51,485 bases of DNA, taken from NCBI GenBank assembly GCA_018657655.1, contig JABHWQ010000464.1:1-51485 (forward strand), in the 5' to 3' direction. Each line of letters begins with the position of its first letter. Within the stretch, counting starts at the first letter, position 1. The notes below the pieces were generated by a model. The model saw only the letters and a program-made list of their open reading frames with translations, was not told the origin of the DNA and did no database searches. The translations under genes and the position numbers were made by a program. Source of the stretch: Chloroflexota bacterium. GTDB taxonomy: Bacteria; Chloroflexota; Dehalococcoidia; SZUA-161; SpSt-899. Positions 36,716 through 44,685 of the stretch are shown here, one piece after another.

Positions 36716-38125
36716 TTACATGGAAATGCCCTTACCAGATACTGGCTTCTGACTCCTGACTCCTTTACCAATCCCTTTAAAAACAAAACCTGCATTCTCA
36801 AATTCTCTTTGATCGAACAGATTTCTCCCGTCAACAATAATACTACCGTTCATGAGTTCTTTCAATTCATCAGGGAATATTGACCTGTACTCTTCATGTT
36901 TGGTCATCAAGATAACCGCATCGCAATCCTGTAGTGCCACATTGATATCCTGCTCAATTAGGTGTCCCTCATCTTCTTTCACGTAAGGATCGTGAATCCT
37001 GTATGACACTCCCCTTTTCTCCAACTCTTTGAGCAATGGCACCGTAGGCGTATTCCGTGTGTCATCGGAATTCTCCAGAAAAGTATAACCGAGTACACAG
37101 ACGGTTGCTCCCTGCAGTTGTTTTCCAGCCTCGTTCAATCCAGCCTCCAACAGGTCGACCATATGAAGGGGCATTCGGTCATTCATCTCCCTGGCACTGG
37201 CCAGTATCGACGGCACGAATTTCTTCCCATTCTGACCGTATTCTCGATAGCCATGGATGAGTAGCCATGAGTCCTTTGGCAGACAGTGTCCGCCGACACC
37301 CGCACCTGGGAAGTGCATGTTCCTTACCGGATTGGCATGAGGAGCTGAAGGGTCGTTGGGAAGACCGTTGACGAAATTTCGCATCTCATAAACATCAACA
37401 CCCAGAGCTTCGCACATCAACGCAACCTCATTAGCAAATGCTATCTGAACATCACGATAAGCGTTCTCCACCGTTTTCGATATCTCCGCAGTCATCGGAT
37501 CAGTCTCGTGAACCCCCGCCATGACTACGGATTCGTACATATTGGCAGCAACCTTCCGGCTTTCTGCATCGATCCCGCCAACAATTTTGGGGTATTCCCG
37601 GATGTTATGAATAAGACGACCCACCATCACCCGCTCATAGGAGAAACTGAGCCCGAAGCCTTCCGGAAGTCCGGCTCTCAGACCAGATTCTTCTTCTAGG
37701 ATCGGCAGAACCAAATGCTCAGTTGTCCCTGGCGCTACGGTGGATTCGATGATTACTATATTCCCGGGTTTTAGATATCTCCCAACCTGGCGAGAAACCT
37801 CTCCGAGTGACTCATATCTGGGGATATTGTCACTGTCTGTTGGGGTCTGGACATCTATTAGGGTAATATCGATATTTTCAAGTACGGTATAGTCGTCCGT
37901 TGCTCTGAACCTGCCACTCCGGACAACACTTTCCAGCATTTCGGGAAGTTCCGGTTCATTACCGCCAATAGGGCATTTGCCTTCGTTGAGACTGTCAATC
38001 TTCCATCCGGAGCGTTGCGATCTTCGTTGGATTCCGGTTACGTCATACCCGGCGTTGGCTAGCATCACTGCCATCGGAATGCCCACATATCCCATGCCAA
38101 TTACAGCAACATTTTTTTCTTTCAT
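36716..38125 (-). CDS. UDP-N-acetyl-hexosamine 6-dehydrogenase (WbpA/WecC-like)
   Basis: 469 aa with VAVIGMGYVGIPMAVMLA and GVGGHCLPKDSWLL, which are nucleotide-sugar dehydrogenase family motifs. Confidence 0.8.
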   Translation of the reverse strand: MKEKNVAVIGMGYVGIPMAVMLANAGYDVTGIQRRSQRSGWKIDSLNEGKCPIGGNEPELPEMLESVVRSGRFRATDDYTVLENIDITLIDVQTPTDSDNIPRYESLGEVSRQVGRYLKPGNIVIIESTVAPGTTEHLVLPILEEESGLRAGLPEGFGLSFSYERVMVGRLIHNIREYPKIVGGIDAESRKVAANMYESVVMAGVHETDPMTAEISKTVENAYRDVQIAFANEVALMCEALGVDVYEMRNFVNGLPNDPSAPHANPVRNMHFPGAGVGGHCLPKDSWLLIHGYREYGQNGKKFVPSILASAREMNDRMPLHMVDLLEAGLNEAGKQLQGATVCVLGYTFLENSDDTRNTPTVPLLKELEKRGVSYRIHDPYVKEDEGHLIEQDINVALQDCDAVILMTKHEEYRSIFPDELKELMNGSIIVDGRNLFDQREFENAGFVFKGIGKGVRSQKPVSGKGISM

Positions 38126-38151
38126 GAGTGTATCGCAGTAGTTGTTCGTTA

Positions 38152-38712
38152 CTATCCCTGTATCTCCCTCGCCCGATTCCCCACCATGATTGTTCCTGGC
38201 GCCACATCCATGGTTACCACAGCTCCAGAACCGATTATTGCTCTCTCACCAACCGTAATTCCGGGCAAGATTGTTGCATTAGCTCCTATCCTGGCACCTT
38301 GCTTAATTATGGGGCCTTCAAGCTTGGCTCCGTACTCCATGTATTTATCGTTGGTCGTGACCGAGCAAGGTCCCAGAAATGCATCATCCTCAATTACCGT
38401 ATTAATAGTGATATAAACGTTTGTCTGTATACTTACATTACTACCGATCCGGCAATGGCCGTCAATCACTGAATTCGTGCCCACCAGTACATTGTCGCCT
38501 ATTTGAGTCTCTTCCCGGATAAGAACATTGTGCCCGGTCTTGAAGCCCTTACCTGTTATCACATCGGAATAAATAACCGTCCCGGAGCGCACTATCGAAT
38601 TCTCTCCAATGGTGACTATGCCATCCTCTCGATTGCCCAAGATTACATAATCTTCAATGACTGTGCCTGCACCGATATTCACCTGACCGTACTGAATGAG
38701 GTTCTCATACAT
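38152..38712 (-). CDS. Hexapeptide-repeat N-acetyltransferase (WbpD-like)
   Basis: 186 aa of LbH repeats throughout. It overlaps the aminotransferase gene by 8 nt. Confidence 0.75.
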   Translation of the reverse strand: MYENLIQYGQVNIGAGTVIEDYVILGNREDGIVTIGENSIVRSGTVIYSDVITGKGFKTGHNVLIREETQIGDNVLVGTNSVIDGHCRIGSNVSIQTNVYITINTVIEDDAFLGPCSVTTNDKYMEYGAKLEGPIIKQGARIGANATILPGITVGERAIIGSGAVVTMDVAPGTIMVGNRAREIQG

Positions 38713-39808
38713 CCCTCAATCCCTGCACGATGAATTCAAGATCCAGCTCACTTACTCTCGGATGAACCGGCAGGGAAAGTACTTCACGCACGGCCTTTTC
38801 GGAAACGGGCAAATGGTCGTTATATCCCCTTTTTTGGTAGAGAGGTTGTTGATATATCGGTAATGGGTAATATATCCCCGTAATGATTCCCTTCTGCAGC
38901 AGTTTATCCTTCAAAGCATCTCTGGATAACTCGAAATCATCAGTAATCCTGATAGTGTACTGGTGAAAAACATGCGTCCTCTCTGGCGCAATAGCGGGTG
39001 GAACTAATCCTTCAATCTGTTGGATTGCCTTGGTGAGGAACATGGCATTTGCGATCCTTCTCTGTGTGGCCTCATATATTTTTTTTAGCTGGCAGATACC
39101 TATTGCCGCAGTTATGTCGGTCATTCGATAGTTATATCCCAGGCTCTCATGCAGATATCTTTCGCTCTGCCCATGGCTTCGCATGCTCCGGGCTTTCTCG
39201 GCAACCTTAGCATCGCTGGTGGTGATGATGCCCCCTTCCCCAGTGGTCATGTTTTTGGTGGGATAAAAGGAAAAGCAACCGAGCCCAAAGGAACCGACCC
39301 TTCTACCCTGATATTCAGCCCTATGTGCCTGGCAAGCATCCTCAATTAAGACTAGGTCATTTTCGCTGCATATTTTGGTGATTTCCACCATATCGCAGGG
39401 CTGACCGTAGAGGTGGACCACTAGTACAGCCCTGGTCTTTGGAGTAATCTTATCCCTTATTAAAGAAGGATCGATATTGAAAGTACTCTTATCAATATCA
39501 GCGAACACAGGTTTTGCGCCGCAGTAAACGATGGCATTGGCAGTGGCAATAAAGCTGAAAGGAGTGGTGATGACCTCATCACCTTCGCTCACTCCGGCTG
39601 CGAGCAGCGCAGTATGAAGAGCTGCTGTACCGCTATTAACGGCTATAGCATGTTTCACACCAATTAATGTAGCAAACTGCTCTTCGAATTCTGCTACTAC
39701 AGGTCCTTGTGCCAGTATACCTGAGTTTAGAACATCTCTAATGGCATGGATCTCACCATTGTTAAGGGAAGGATCCGCCATTTGTATCATGCGAACCGGG
39801 ATCGTCAT
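38705..39808 (-). CDS. DegT/DnrJ/EryC1/StrS PLP-dependent sugar aminotransferase (WbpE-like)
   Basis: It has [22 protein letters not shown], and [14 protein letters not shown] with the catalytic Lys retained. The ORF track starts at a TTG at 39841. The ATG at 39808 has an AGGA RBS 8 nt upstream and is preferred. Confidence 0.85.
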   Translation of the reverse strand: MTIPVRMIQMADPSLNNGEIHAIRDVLNSGILAQGPVVAEFEEQFATLIGVKHAIAVNSGTAALHTALLAAGVSEGDEVITTPFSFIATANAIVYCGAKPVFADIDKSTFNIDPSLIRDKITPKTRAVLVVHLYGQPCDMVEITKICSENDLVLIEDACQAHRAEYQGRRVGSFGLGCFSFYPTKNMTTGEGGIITTSDAKVAEKARSMRSHGQSERYLHESLGYNYRMTDITAAIGICQLKKIYEATQRRIANAMFLTKAIQQIEGLVPPAIAPERTHVFHQYTIRITDDFELSRDALKDKLLQKGIITGIYYPLPIYQQPLYQKRGYNDHLPVSEKAVREVLSLPVHPRVSELDLEFIVQGLRDV

Positions 39809-39963
39809 TTTGTTATTCCTAATTGAGTAGCCACTTTGCAAGTGGATGTTTTCAACTTTTCACAGTAGTATCTTTCGAACAGGTTTAGCAGGCTATCAAC
39901 TTTGGTCAGGTTTTCCAGTCTGGTTGCCAGACCGCCGGCCAAAATGACTACCTGCATTTTCAT
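39805..39963 (-). pseudogene. 52-codon ORF encoding only the N-terminus of a sugar-phosphate nucleotidyltransferase (remnant or micro-ORF)
   Basis: My hand translation is [52 protein letters not shown]. The first ~21 aa match the NTP-transferase G-loop (ILAGGLGTRL), and the match is then lost. A GAAGGAA RBS lies upstream, and the stop overlaps the aminotransferase ATG (ATGA). Confidence 0.5.
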
Positions 39964-39969
39964 TTCCTT

Positions 39970-40932
39970 CTATGCGATGCCCTTTCTTCTGATCGCAATG
40001 TAAGCAAGTAATCCTATGATCGCTATCCCGATAATAGGTCCAATGATCACCCATGGATTAAGATCGTCATCATCGTCTTCTTCATCTGGTTCTGTTGTTG
40101 GCGCAGGTGTAGGCTCTTCCGTCGGCTCAGGCGTCTCAGTTGGTGTTGGAACCTCAGTTGGCGCCACTGTCGGTGTAGGTTCTATGGTTGGTGTAGGAGC
40201 CACTGTTGGAGTTGGTGTCTCTGTTGGTGTTACGGTTGGTGCAGGAGTGGGCGTGACTTCTACTTCTGCTAATATGGCAAATTGGGTGAAGTGGCTGGTG
40301 GTTCCACTGACGGTATTATTTACAGTATCAACTACGATGTCTGTAAGCTCTACCCACTCTCCTGTATCTGCATCGTAATAAGCCAGGACCAGGTCTTCTG
40401 CCGCTACTCCTTCTGGTAATGCAGCCGGATCATAGGCCATAGTTATTGTTACTGGTGGATCAAACGTGGCACCATCTGGACCAAAATCAGCCACAACAAT
40501 CATATTGGTTGCTGGTGGTACGGGGGCCTCGGTGGCCGGAGGTTGGACTGTTACTTCGGTTAGCGGATTACCTTCGGAATCAAGTGCCGTTGTCCCTGTA
40601 GGGATATCTGCGGTAGCGCTTCCATCTACAGAAGTAAGAGTAACATCCTCTGTGACAACTCCCTCGGCGTCGATGCTGTCCGCGATGTTTTCCGTTACAA
40701 TCTCGGACGGCGGTGTTTGTGTAGGTGTTGGGGTGAGTGTCGGTATAGGAGTGGATGGCGGTGGAGGTGGTGGTACGGCAGGCCAACCATAACCGTAACC
40801 GTAGCCAAATGCGCTGGATACGAGGTTGTTAATCGGAGACGATGGGATCAATAGTAAGGTCAGAACAATTGCTGCTGTGAGGAGTGCGCTTACGAGTATC
40901 CGATTTGTCAGCCACAATCTTGCTGATGTCAT
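39970..40932 (-). CDS. Secreted, C-terminally membrane-anchored Pro/Thr-rich surface protein
   Basis: 320 aa. In order it has an N-terminal signal/TM (ILVSALLTAAIVLTLLLIP), a GYGYGYG motif, PT linkers, a central beta-rich domain (FDPPVTITMAYDPAALPEGVAAEDLVLAYYDADTGEWVEL...SHFTQFAIL), a long TPTPxP tract, a poly-Asp run, a TM helix and RRKG. Confidence 0.7.
   Translation of the reverse strand: MTSARLWLTNRILVSALLTAAIVLTLLLIPSSPINNLVSSAFGYGYGYGWPAVPPPPPPSTPIPTLTPTPTQTPPSEIVTENIADSIDAEGVVTEDVTLTSVDGSATADIPTGTTALDSEGNPLTEVTVQPPATEAPVPPATNMIVVADFGPDGATFDPPVTITMAYDPAALPEGVAAEDLVLAYYDADTGEWVELTDIVVDTVNNTVSGTTSHFTQFAILAEVEVTPTPAPTVTPTETPTPTVAPTPTIEPTPTVAPTEVPTPTETPEPTEEPTPAPTTEPDEEDDDDDLNPWVIIGPIIGIAIIGLLAYIAIRRKGIA
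40084..40281 (-). repeat. Degenerate tandem coding repeats (TPTPxVxPTP) within the surface protein gene
   Basis: On the + strand this is a run of ggtgt(t/a)gg(a/t)g(c/t)cac/ggtgg-type units, encoding EVTPTPAPTVTPTETPTPTVAPTPTIEPTPTVAPTEVPTPTETPEPTEEPTPAPTTEP. Confidence 0.7.
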
Positions 40933-41082
40933 ACGCCTGCCTCCTTTACCTTGTCATGAATTGCGGCCTCGTGTAAAACTTGAGCCCGATTGTAACACAA
41001 AGAAAAAATCATTTGCAATCCTGATACGAACCGTGAATTGGTTTGGATTTTCTTTTATCCCCTAGCTAGTTTTCCCTAATAC

Positions 41083-41108
41083 AAAAAAGGACACCGCTAA
41101 AGGCATCC
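41083..41108 (-). terminator. Putative rho-independent terminator (minus-strand specific)
   Basis: The minus-strand RNA reads ggaugcc-uuuagc-ggugucc followed by U6. The 7-bp stem has two G-U pairs, which become C-A mismatches on the + strand. Confidence 0.4.
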
Positions 41109-41599
41109 TTTCTTAAAGATTGTACAAATCTTATACACATAATATTCCTCGGTAGCCTGGCGATCATTATCAGTATGATATTAGACCCATGGCTTTGCGT
41201 CCCAAGGTTTACCTTGGTTTGCCTTTATCGTGGTTACCGGGTTGCCTGGTTAAATCAGACAATAGCTCCGGTTCTGTTAAATTGTTAATGTCCCTCAGAA
41301 CATCGAAAGAAAACCAGCTTGTATATTTACACTTTGTTAAGGTTGTTTGTCTATTGTTTTCAGTCTCGATTTATTTCGCCTCAAGTTTAACGTTATGCAA
41401 GCAGGATGTCAATAGCGTTTATAAATCTTTTACTTTCGGGTATTGACTTGTTTACGGAAGAAAGCTGACAAAATATCGAACAAGTTATGAGAGATTGTTC
41501 ATATTTAGGCTCAAATAGCTAAATGATAGATAATTAGTTGAGTAATTCGAGAAGAAGTAGGCGCAAAAGAGAACAGTATGAAAAACCCAATAGAATAAA

Positions 41600-41655
41600 A
41601 AAGGAACAAGCTTGCGGCTTGCCCCTTTTTTACTGATGTACAGAATGTACATCGG
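41600..41655 (-). terminator. Hairpins immediately downstream of yqeY (putative terminator region)
   Basis: A perfect 8-bp hairpin gatgtaca-gaa-tgtacatc lies at 41635-41653. A second hairpin caagc-ttgcg-gcttg at 41607-41621 is flanked by A/T runs on both sides. Confidence 0.35.
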
Positions 41656-41657
41656 CA

Positions 41658-42107
41658 TTAAATATCTTCAAGCAGCTGGGTCACTACTTGGTTGACAAGT
41701 TGCCCATCAGCCTTGCCTTTAGTTTGCGGCATGAGTTTGGGCATCACTTTACCCTTATCCTTGAGGCCAATCGCCCCTACTTCATCGATTACTTGCCGTA
41801 CTAGAACTGTTATCTCATCACTGGACATCTGTTGCGGCAGGTAACCAAGGAGAACAGACAACTCGGCCTCTTCTTTGGTAGCCGAATCTTCTCGTTTGGC
41901 ATTCCTGAATTCAGCTATGCTCTCACGGCGCTGCTTTGCTTCTTTAGACAGGACTTCCAGCACCCCGGCATCATCCAGAGGACCTCTTTTAGCGATCTCA
42001 GCATTCTTGATAGCTGCCTTCGCCATGCGCAATACCCCAAGGCGCGTTTTATCACCGGATTTCATAGCGTTCTTGAGATCGTTTGCCAGCTGTTCTTGCA
42101 GCGTCAC
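41658..42107 (-). CDS. yqeY: GatB/YqeY domain protein
   Basis: 149 aa with LKNAMKSGDKTRLGVLRMAKAAIKNAEI...EEAELSVLLGYLP. It shows the conserved rpsU-yqeY adjacency. Confidence 0.85.
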   Translation of the reverse strand: MTLQEQLANDLKNAMKSGDKTRLGVLRMAKAAIKNAEIAKRGPLDDAGVLEVLSKEAKQRRESIAEFRNAKREDSATKEEAELSVLLGYLPQQMSSDEITVLVRQVIDEVGAIGLKDKGKVMPKLMPQTKGKADGQLVNQVVTQLLEDI

Positions 42108-42131
42108 GTTACAAATCCTTAGAAAATCCGT

Positions 42132-42335
42132 CTATTTACCGAAATAAGCGCCTTTTGAACTTCTGGTGCTCTTGCGTTTTTTAGTTGCGCGCTTCTTTTT
42201 GCGTACGATAGAAGGTTTCTCAAAATATTGACGCCTCCTATATTCGCTGAGAATGCCATCATTTTGCACTTTTTTGTTGAATCGTCTTAGAGCGCTCTCT
42301 ATGGATTCGTTGTCATCTATATATACTTCGGCCAA
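42132..42335 (-). CDS. rpsU: 30S ribosomal protein S21
   Basis: 67 aa with ESIESALRRFNKKVQNDGILSEYRRRQYFEKPS and a basic tail. Confidence 0.9.
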   Translation of the reverse strand: MAEVYIDDNESIESALRRFNKKVQNDGILSEYRRRQYFEKPSIVRKKKRATKKRKSTRSSKGAYFGK

Positions 42336-42382
42336 ACAGTATCACCTCACTCCGTGATTATTCGCACTGTGAGCGATTATAG

Positions 42383-43039
42383 CTATTTCGTACCCTGACT
42401 GTCAAGGCAACGTAATGTTTCAATAGGCAGGTGTTGCTGTATACTTTCCCAGATCGAGTCTCCTATCTTTTTACGGGGCTGAGTAGCATCCAGTATCAAC
42501 CAGCGATTCGGTTCGGCGCTGGACATATCAAGATATCCCTGCCTTACTCGGTGATGGAACGATATTTCCTCACGCTCGAAGCGATCAGTCGACTGCTTTG
42601 CGCCTTTTCGTTTCAAACCTTCATGGACATCGATATCCGGCAGGATGATAAGATCGGGACGAAGTCCACCGGTGGCGATATTGTTGATGGTGTGGATAGT
42701 ATCCAAATCCACTCCTCGACCGTATCCCTGGTATGCCAGAGTCGACTCTGAGTAGCGATCGCAGATGACGATTTGATCTCGTTCCAAGGCAGGGCGAATG
42801 ATCTCGGCAACCAATTGTGATCGTGCCACGGCGAAAAGGAGAAGCTCGGTGACAGGATTGATTTCTATTTCAAGTCTGTGTTTTAGGAGCTTTCGGGCAA
42901 CACGTCCAATCGAGGTGCTGCCGGGTTCTTTAACCCTGATGACAGGCACTCCGAGTTTGGAAAGACGCTTTTCCAGCGCCCTCGCCTGGGTGCTTTTACC
43001 GCACCCTTCTACACCTTCGAATAATATGAATAGACCCAT
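42383..43039 (-). CDS. tmk: Thymidylate kinase
   Basis: 218 aa with a FILFEGVEGCGKSTQ P-loop and a DRY motif (CDRYSESTLAYQG). Confidence 0.9.
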   Translation of the reverse strand: MGLFILFEGVEGCGKSTQARALEKRLSKLGVPVIRVKEPGSTSIGRVARKLLKHRLEIEINPVTELLLFAVARSQLVAEIIRPALERDQIVICDRYSESTLAYQGYGRGVDLDTIHTINNIATGGLRPDLIILPDIDVHEGLKRKGAKQSTDRFEREEISFHHRVRQGYLDMSSAEPNRWLILDATQPRKKIGDSIWESIQQHLPIETLRCLDSQGTK

Positions 43040-43142
43040 TATATTGATACCTAAAAAAGGGACAACCTTTTATGATAGGAGATTATCGATAAGTGCCTAA
43101 ATGAAATCAGAAATAAGCCTGCCGAGATAATACGTAGAAGAA

Positions 43143-43682
43143 TCATTCTTCGTCATATTGTACCAATGTAAAAACCTCTACATCAGGATATGCTGCCTTG
43201 ATCTTCTCCAGACCTGATAGAAAACAAAGTTCAACAACGACCACGACGCCTGCAACCACTCCTCCCAGTTTCTTGACCAGTTCAATAGCGCTGGCGACCG
43301 ATCCCCCGGTAGCCAGTAGATCATCAACAATTACAACCTTTTGCCCGGGTTTAATATCATCCGTGTGAATCTCGAAGTATTCTACGGCATATTCGTTTGG
43401 GGCTTGTACTTCGATGGTCTCCCGAGGTAGTTTCCCTCGTTTCCTAACCGGGACAAAACCAGCATCAACTTCGAGAGCTATAGGTGCCCCAAAAATGAAT
43501 CCGCGGCTTTCAATGCCGACTACCACTTCAGCCCCTCTCTCCGAGACCCACGAAGACATAAGTAAAACGGTATGCCGAAAAGTTTTAGGGTCTTGAAGAA
43601 TTGGGGTTATGTCCTTGAATGCTATTCCCGGTTTCGGGAAGTCCTTCACTTCAAAAATTTTACTTTTTATGCGAGCCGGCAT
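43143..43682 (-). CDS. apt: Adenine phosphoribosyltransferase
   Basis: 179 aa with FPKPGIAFKDITPIL and the PRPP motif VVIVDDLLATGGS. Confidence 0.9.
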   Translation of the reverse strand: MPARIKSKIFEVKDFPKPGIAFKDITPILQDPKTFRHTVLLMSSWVSERGAEVVVGIESRGFIFGAPIALEVDAGFVPVRKRGKLPRETIEVQAPNEYAVEYFEIHTDDIKPGQKVVIVDDLLATGGSVASAIELVKKLGGVVAGVVVVVELCFLSGLEKIKAAYPDVEVFTLVQYDEE

Positions 43683-43899
43683 TGCAGATTATCCTCCTGA
43701 AGCTTCTAGTGAAGGCCATGATCGAATTCCCGAGAATTATAACAAGGCAGGTGGTTGAAGTCAATGAATCTGATAGTAAATTCGATCAGGTTTGAGTATG
43801 CCAACGAATGATGTGGCGAATATGGCGAGTTAGTGGTAGCTGTGCCAGCTTGCCAATCAATACCAACTTTGTTAGGCTAAGTGTCGTGTCATTGACGGA

Positions 43900-44439
43900 A
43901 TGAAAATGGAGCGTTGTTTGAGTAAGCTGAATACTCTCATTACCAGTGAGCAGATCGAAACCAAGATAGCTGAGCTCGCAGCCAGGATCAGGGAAGATTA
44001 CCATGATAGGAATCCTGTTCTGGTTGGGGTTCTGAAGGGTAGTTTTGTGTTTTTGGCAGATATAGTTCGTGTTTTAGATATTCCGCTTGGGATTGATTTC
44101 ATTGGTGTATCCAGTTATAGAGGGCGAATGGAAAGTTCGGGAGAGATCGAGTTGATCCAGGCCCTAAGAACTCCCATCGCCGGACGGGATGTTTTGGTGA
44201 TTGAGGATATTGTGGATACTGGTCTGAGCTTGAATTACGTACTGAATGTGTTGCGCCAGAAAACCCCCGCTTCTGTAAAAGTATGCGCTTTGTTGGACAA
44301 ACCATCAAAAAGAAAGATTACTGTTCCTATCGACTATTCGGGATTCACTGTTCCGGACAAATTTGTTGTGGGATACGGGCTCGACTTCGATGAGCAGTAC
44401 CGATATTTGTCTCATATTTGTTACCTGGAAGAAAAGTAG
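43900..44439 (+). CDS. hpt: Hypoxanthine(-guanine) phosphoribosyltransferase
   Basis: 179 aa with LKGSFVFLADI, the PRPP motif VLVIEDIVDTGLSL, and VVGYGLDFDEQYR. Confidence 0.9.
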   Translation: MKMERCLSKLNTLITSEQIETKIAELAARIREDYHDRNPVLVGVLKGSFVFLADIVRVLDIPLGIDFIGVSSYRGRMESSGEIELIQALRTPIAGRDVLVIEDIVDTGLSLNYVLNVLRQKTPASVKVCALLDKPSKRKITVPIDYSGFTVPDKFVVGYGLDFDEQYRYLSHICYLEEK

Positions 44440-44685
44440 CTATGGAAATTCAGGGTTTGCTGGCGGTTTCCCGGGGTGACATTCCAGCCGATTTGGTGTA
44501 GAAGAGAGCTAAAATCGCTAACAAATTCAAATAACTGGAGGATACCGCTGGTGATTTGGGATGTGTACATATGGCACCATTTGATGTGTTATCATTACTT
44601 GCTCTGCCCGTAATCCCTGAACTGAGGTTGACGGATTCAGGGCTGGTTGATGCCTTGGGATTGAAGCTGATGAAGGAGGAATAGA

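Noticed and set aside
41189-41446. 85-aa ORF in the yqeY/surface-protein spacer
   Set aside because: It has no RBS, sits in an AT-rich region, has a hydrophobic low-complexity sequence, and has no co-oriented partner gene. It is more likely non-coding.
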